DNA of 16,049 nucleotides from a virus (Duplodnaviria; Heunggongvirae; Uroviricota; Caudoviricetes): IMG/VR virus record IMGVR_UViG_2778261567_000016, positions 1 to 16,049 of that record; one strand, 5' to 3'. Shown piece by piece: positions 14,228 to 16,049 of this stretch (position 1 is its first letter; each line of letters starts with the position of its first letter). The notes under the pieces were generated by a model. It saw only the letters and a program-made list of their open reading frames with translations, ran no database searches and was not told where the DNA came from. The position numbers and the translations under genes were made by a program.

Positions 14228-15386
14228 TTATTCGATGTTTTCTGAGAGAGTTGTTTTTGTCCCTCTCCTGAAATTGTCATCGTTTTTTACATACTCAAAC
14301 GCATCTAGAATTAATCCAGATATACGCAGTATGTCTTCTGGATTTGTTATGTGGATTTTTCGACCATCAGTTTCCAGTCTAGCCCTTTTTATTTCGTTTA
14401 ATTGAATTTCGTTGAACGATATCGGTAGCAGGATAAAGGATGATTTTTTGTCGTAAAATCTTAAAATCCATCTATTACTTTTTCCATCTAAAAGAATTCC
14501 AAAGTATGATTCGGTATCTTTGTATTCAATATTATCTTCTGTTTGAATGATTTGCTTTATTCTTTCGAAAAGTTCTAATTCTTTCTTTGTGGTTATTATA
14601 TTGGGGTTATCTTCATTGACGATATCGGTATCTACAGAAGACTTTTCCACATCCTCTGCAGATTCTGTAGGTGGTTGTGTTGAAAGGCCAGAAACCACCA
14701 TGGCACTTACTGCTCGTTTTACAGCTTGTTTGACCAGTGGCGTGACAGATTCAAGGAATCGCTGGTTTAGTTGACGCTCGATATTTGAACGACTGGCAAC
14801 ATATCTGACAAATTCAGGATCAACCTCTCTAAGACTTGAGCTTATGGTTTTTGTGAATGCGTTTAGATAGACGCTTTCCTCTGCAAGCGTCCTTAATGCC
14901 TCTGGCTTAAATTTGTCATATCTGAAGCGGAATAACTGTGAAATATCTGAATCGTTAAGTGAGTCCATTCTTAATTTTAAGAAAGGAGACGAATCCATAA
15001 TGTTTTTTTGTTTTAGATCCGTAAAAAAACGCCATTCAATTCCATTTGTTATAGCAGAAATGGTGACTTCTGGGGTAGAGATTGAAATATCTAGAAAGCT
15101 GTGGGCAATGATTGTCAATTTTTTCTGAAAATGATTTTGCTTCAATAAACATCACGGGAACATCATGACAAAATAAAGCGTAATCAACTCGTTCGTTACT
15201 CTTTACCCCTGGGAAGTCTGCGCTATACTCTGCCTTCACTTTTCGTGGGTCGTATGGAGTAAAGCCTAAAATATCTAGAAAAGGCATGATTAATGCCTGT
15301 TTGGTTGTTTCCTCTGTGTTACAGAAGCATCCCATGTTTGCAACATGCTCTGCGTGAGATTTTAACTTATTTGCAAAGTTTTCCAT
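14228..15386 (-). pseudogene. PD-(D/E)xK nuclease-domain protein (HsdR-N-like restriction-endonuclease fold) with large uncharacterised C-terminal region; reading frame disrupted
   Basis: Upstream frame: GAGGA SD then MENFANKL ... RVDYALFCHDVPVMFIEAKSFSEKIDNHCPQLSRYFN (D ... E-x-K core plus QLxRY). That frame stops at 15036. The continuation of the same domain (ISAITNGIEWRFF) lies in a second frame that is open to 14228. The region is AT-rich (about 33-38% GC against about 55% in the replication genes). Confidence 0.6.
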
Positions 15387-15707
15387 GATATATCCTCTGT
15401 GTGTAGGAGTGTCTATTTTCATCATCGTTTCTAATGGCGTCAAGATAGCTTGACAACTGTAACGAGGCTGTTTGTTGTTTGAAGATTGCTTAAGAAACAT
15501 CAAGTTTCATTGGTCTTGCAATTCCATACTTAGATGGCTGTTCGTGTCTGAGGGGAATCTTATTTACCAGCTCCCGTTCAGTGGCTATATACGGCGCTCA
15601 AGTTATGAAAGCCTGATGTAAGTCTTAAAAATTTTTTCCAGAATGCTTTACGATCGTAAAAAAATAAATACCATGTTAAGAGTGGTTACTTCGCCACATA
15701 GCTTAAA

Positions 15708-15728
15708 TCCGCCGTCAGGCGGGTTTTT
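15708..15728 (+). terminator. Candidate intrinsic terminator (plus strand)
   Basis: CCGCC-GTCA-GGCGG hairpin (all-GC 5-bp stem, 15708-15721) followed by G and T6 (15723-15728). An A3 tract upstream gives weak bidirectional character. Confidence 0.45.
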
Positions 15729-15851
15729 TATGCCTGAAATCGGACCAGTACGTTAAACGCGCTGGTGGCGGTGAATACCTGTCTTTCAGCTTGCTGGCTT
15801 TTTCGACAAGAGTTATTGGTGTGTCACGTTAACCGGAAAAGGGAAAAAGAC

Positions 15852-16049
15852 ATGCTGAAACAGCAGGATATGACAGAAACCGCCAGAGTGGTGTTTAATG
15901 AATTAAGCGTCACCGAACCGGCGACAGTCGGGGAGATTGCGCAGAATACTTACCTTTCACGCGAACGCTGCCAGTTAATACTGACCCAGCTTGTTATGGC
16001 GGGTCTGGCAGACTATCAGTTCGGTTGTTACAGACGCCTTCAGTCATGA
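15852..16049 (+). CDS. Small hypothetical protein, 65 aa, possible winged-helix regulator
   Basis: Start set at the ATG (MLKQQDMTET...), which follows a purine-rich stretch; the track's upstream extension has no support. Stop codon is the last triplet of the window. Confidence 0.4.
   Translation: MLKQQDMTETARVVFNELSVTEPATVGEIAQNTYLSRERCQLILTQLVMAGLADYQFGCYRRLQS

Noticed and set aside
14184..15128. Plus-strand ORFs (71-75 aa) inside the nuclease-domain gene
   Set aside because: Antisense to the motif-supported minus-strand gene; AT-rich sequence produces short open frames by chance.
1..16049. CRISPR arrays, insertion sequences and rRNA/tRNA genes
   Set aside because: No regularly spaced direct repeats with unique spacers, no transposase-like ORF or terminal inverted repeats, and no rRNA/tRNA-like conserved segments were seen on either strand.

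Overview
This window reads as the early/regulatory half of a lambdoid prophage in an enterobacterial host. Leftward: integrase and a putative excisionase, then an early-left accessory operon (SPFH lipoprotein with a small membrane partner; a translationally coupled 37/60/190-aa gene triplet; a tandem-HTH protein with a small paralog of its N-terminal domain). Centre: a CI-type HTH/S24 repressor divergent from a Cro-like gene, with operator palindromes overlapping a clean leftward promoter. Rightward: Rha, Bro-N/KilAC and a second Rha-like gene, an O-like initiator with internal iterons, a DnaC-like loader, a DnaB-like helicase, a DUF968-like protein, a Q-type antiterminator and a pR'-like late promoter. 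Directly after Q, where lysis genes are expected, sits an AT-rich, oppositely oriented insert encoding a PD-(D/E)xK (HsdR-N-like) nuclease-domain protein whose domain is split across two frames. That insert and the early-left accessory modules are the best candidates for an undescribed defence or exclusion function. No rRNA, tRNA, CRISPR array or transposase was seen. All calls come from reading the sequence and the ORF track; no database search or folding program was run, so family names rest on motif recognition and gene order.
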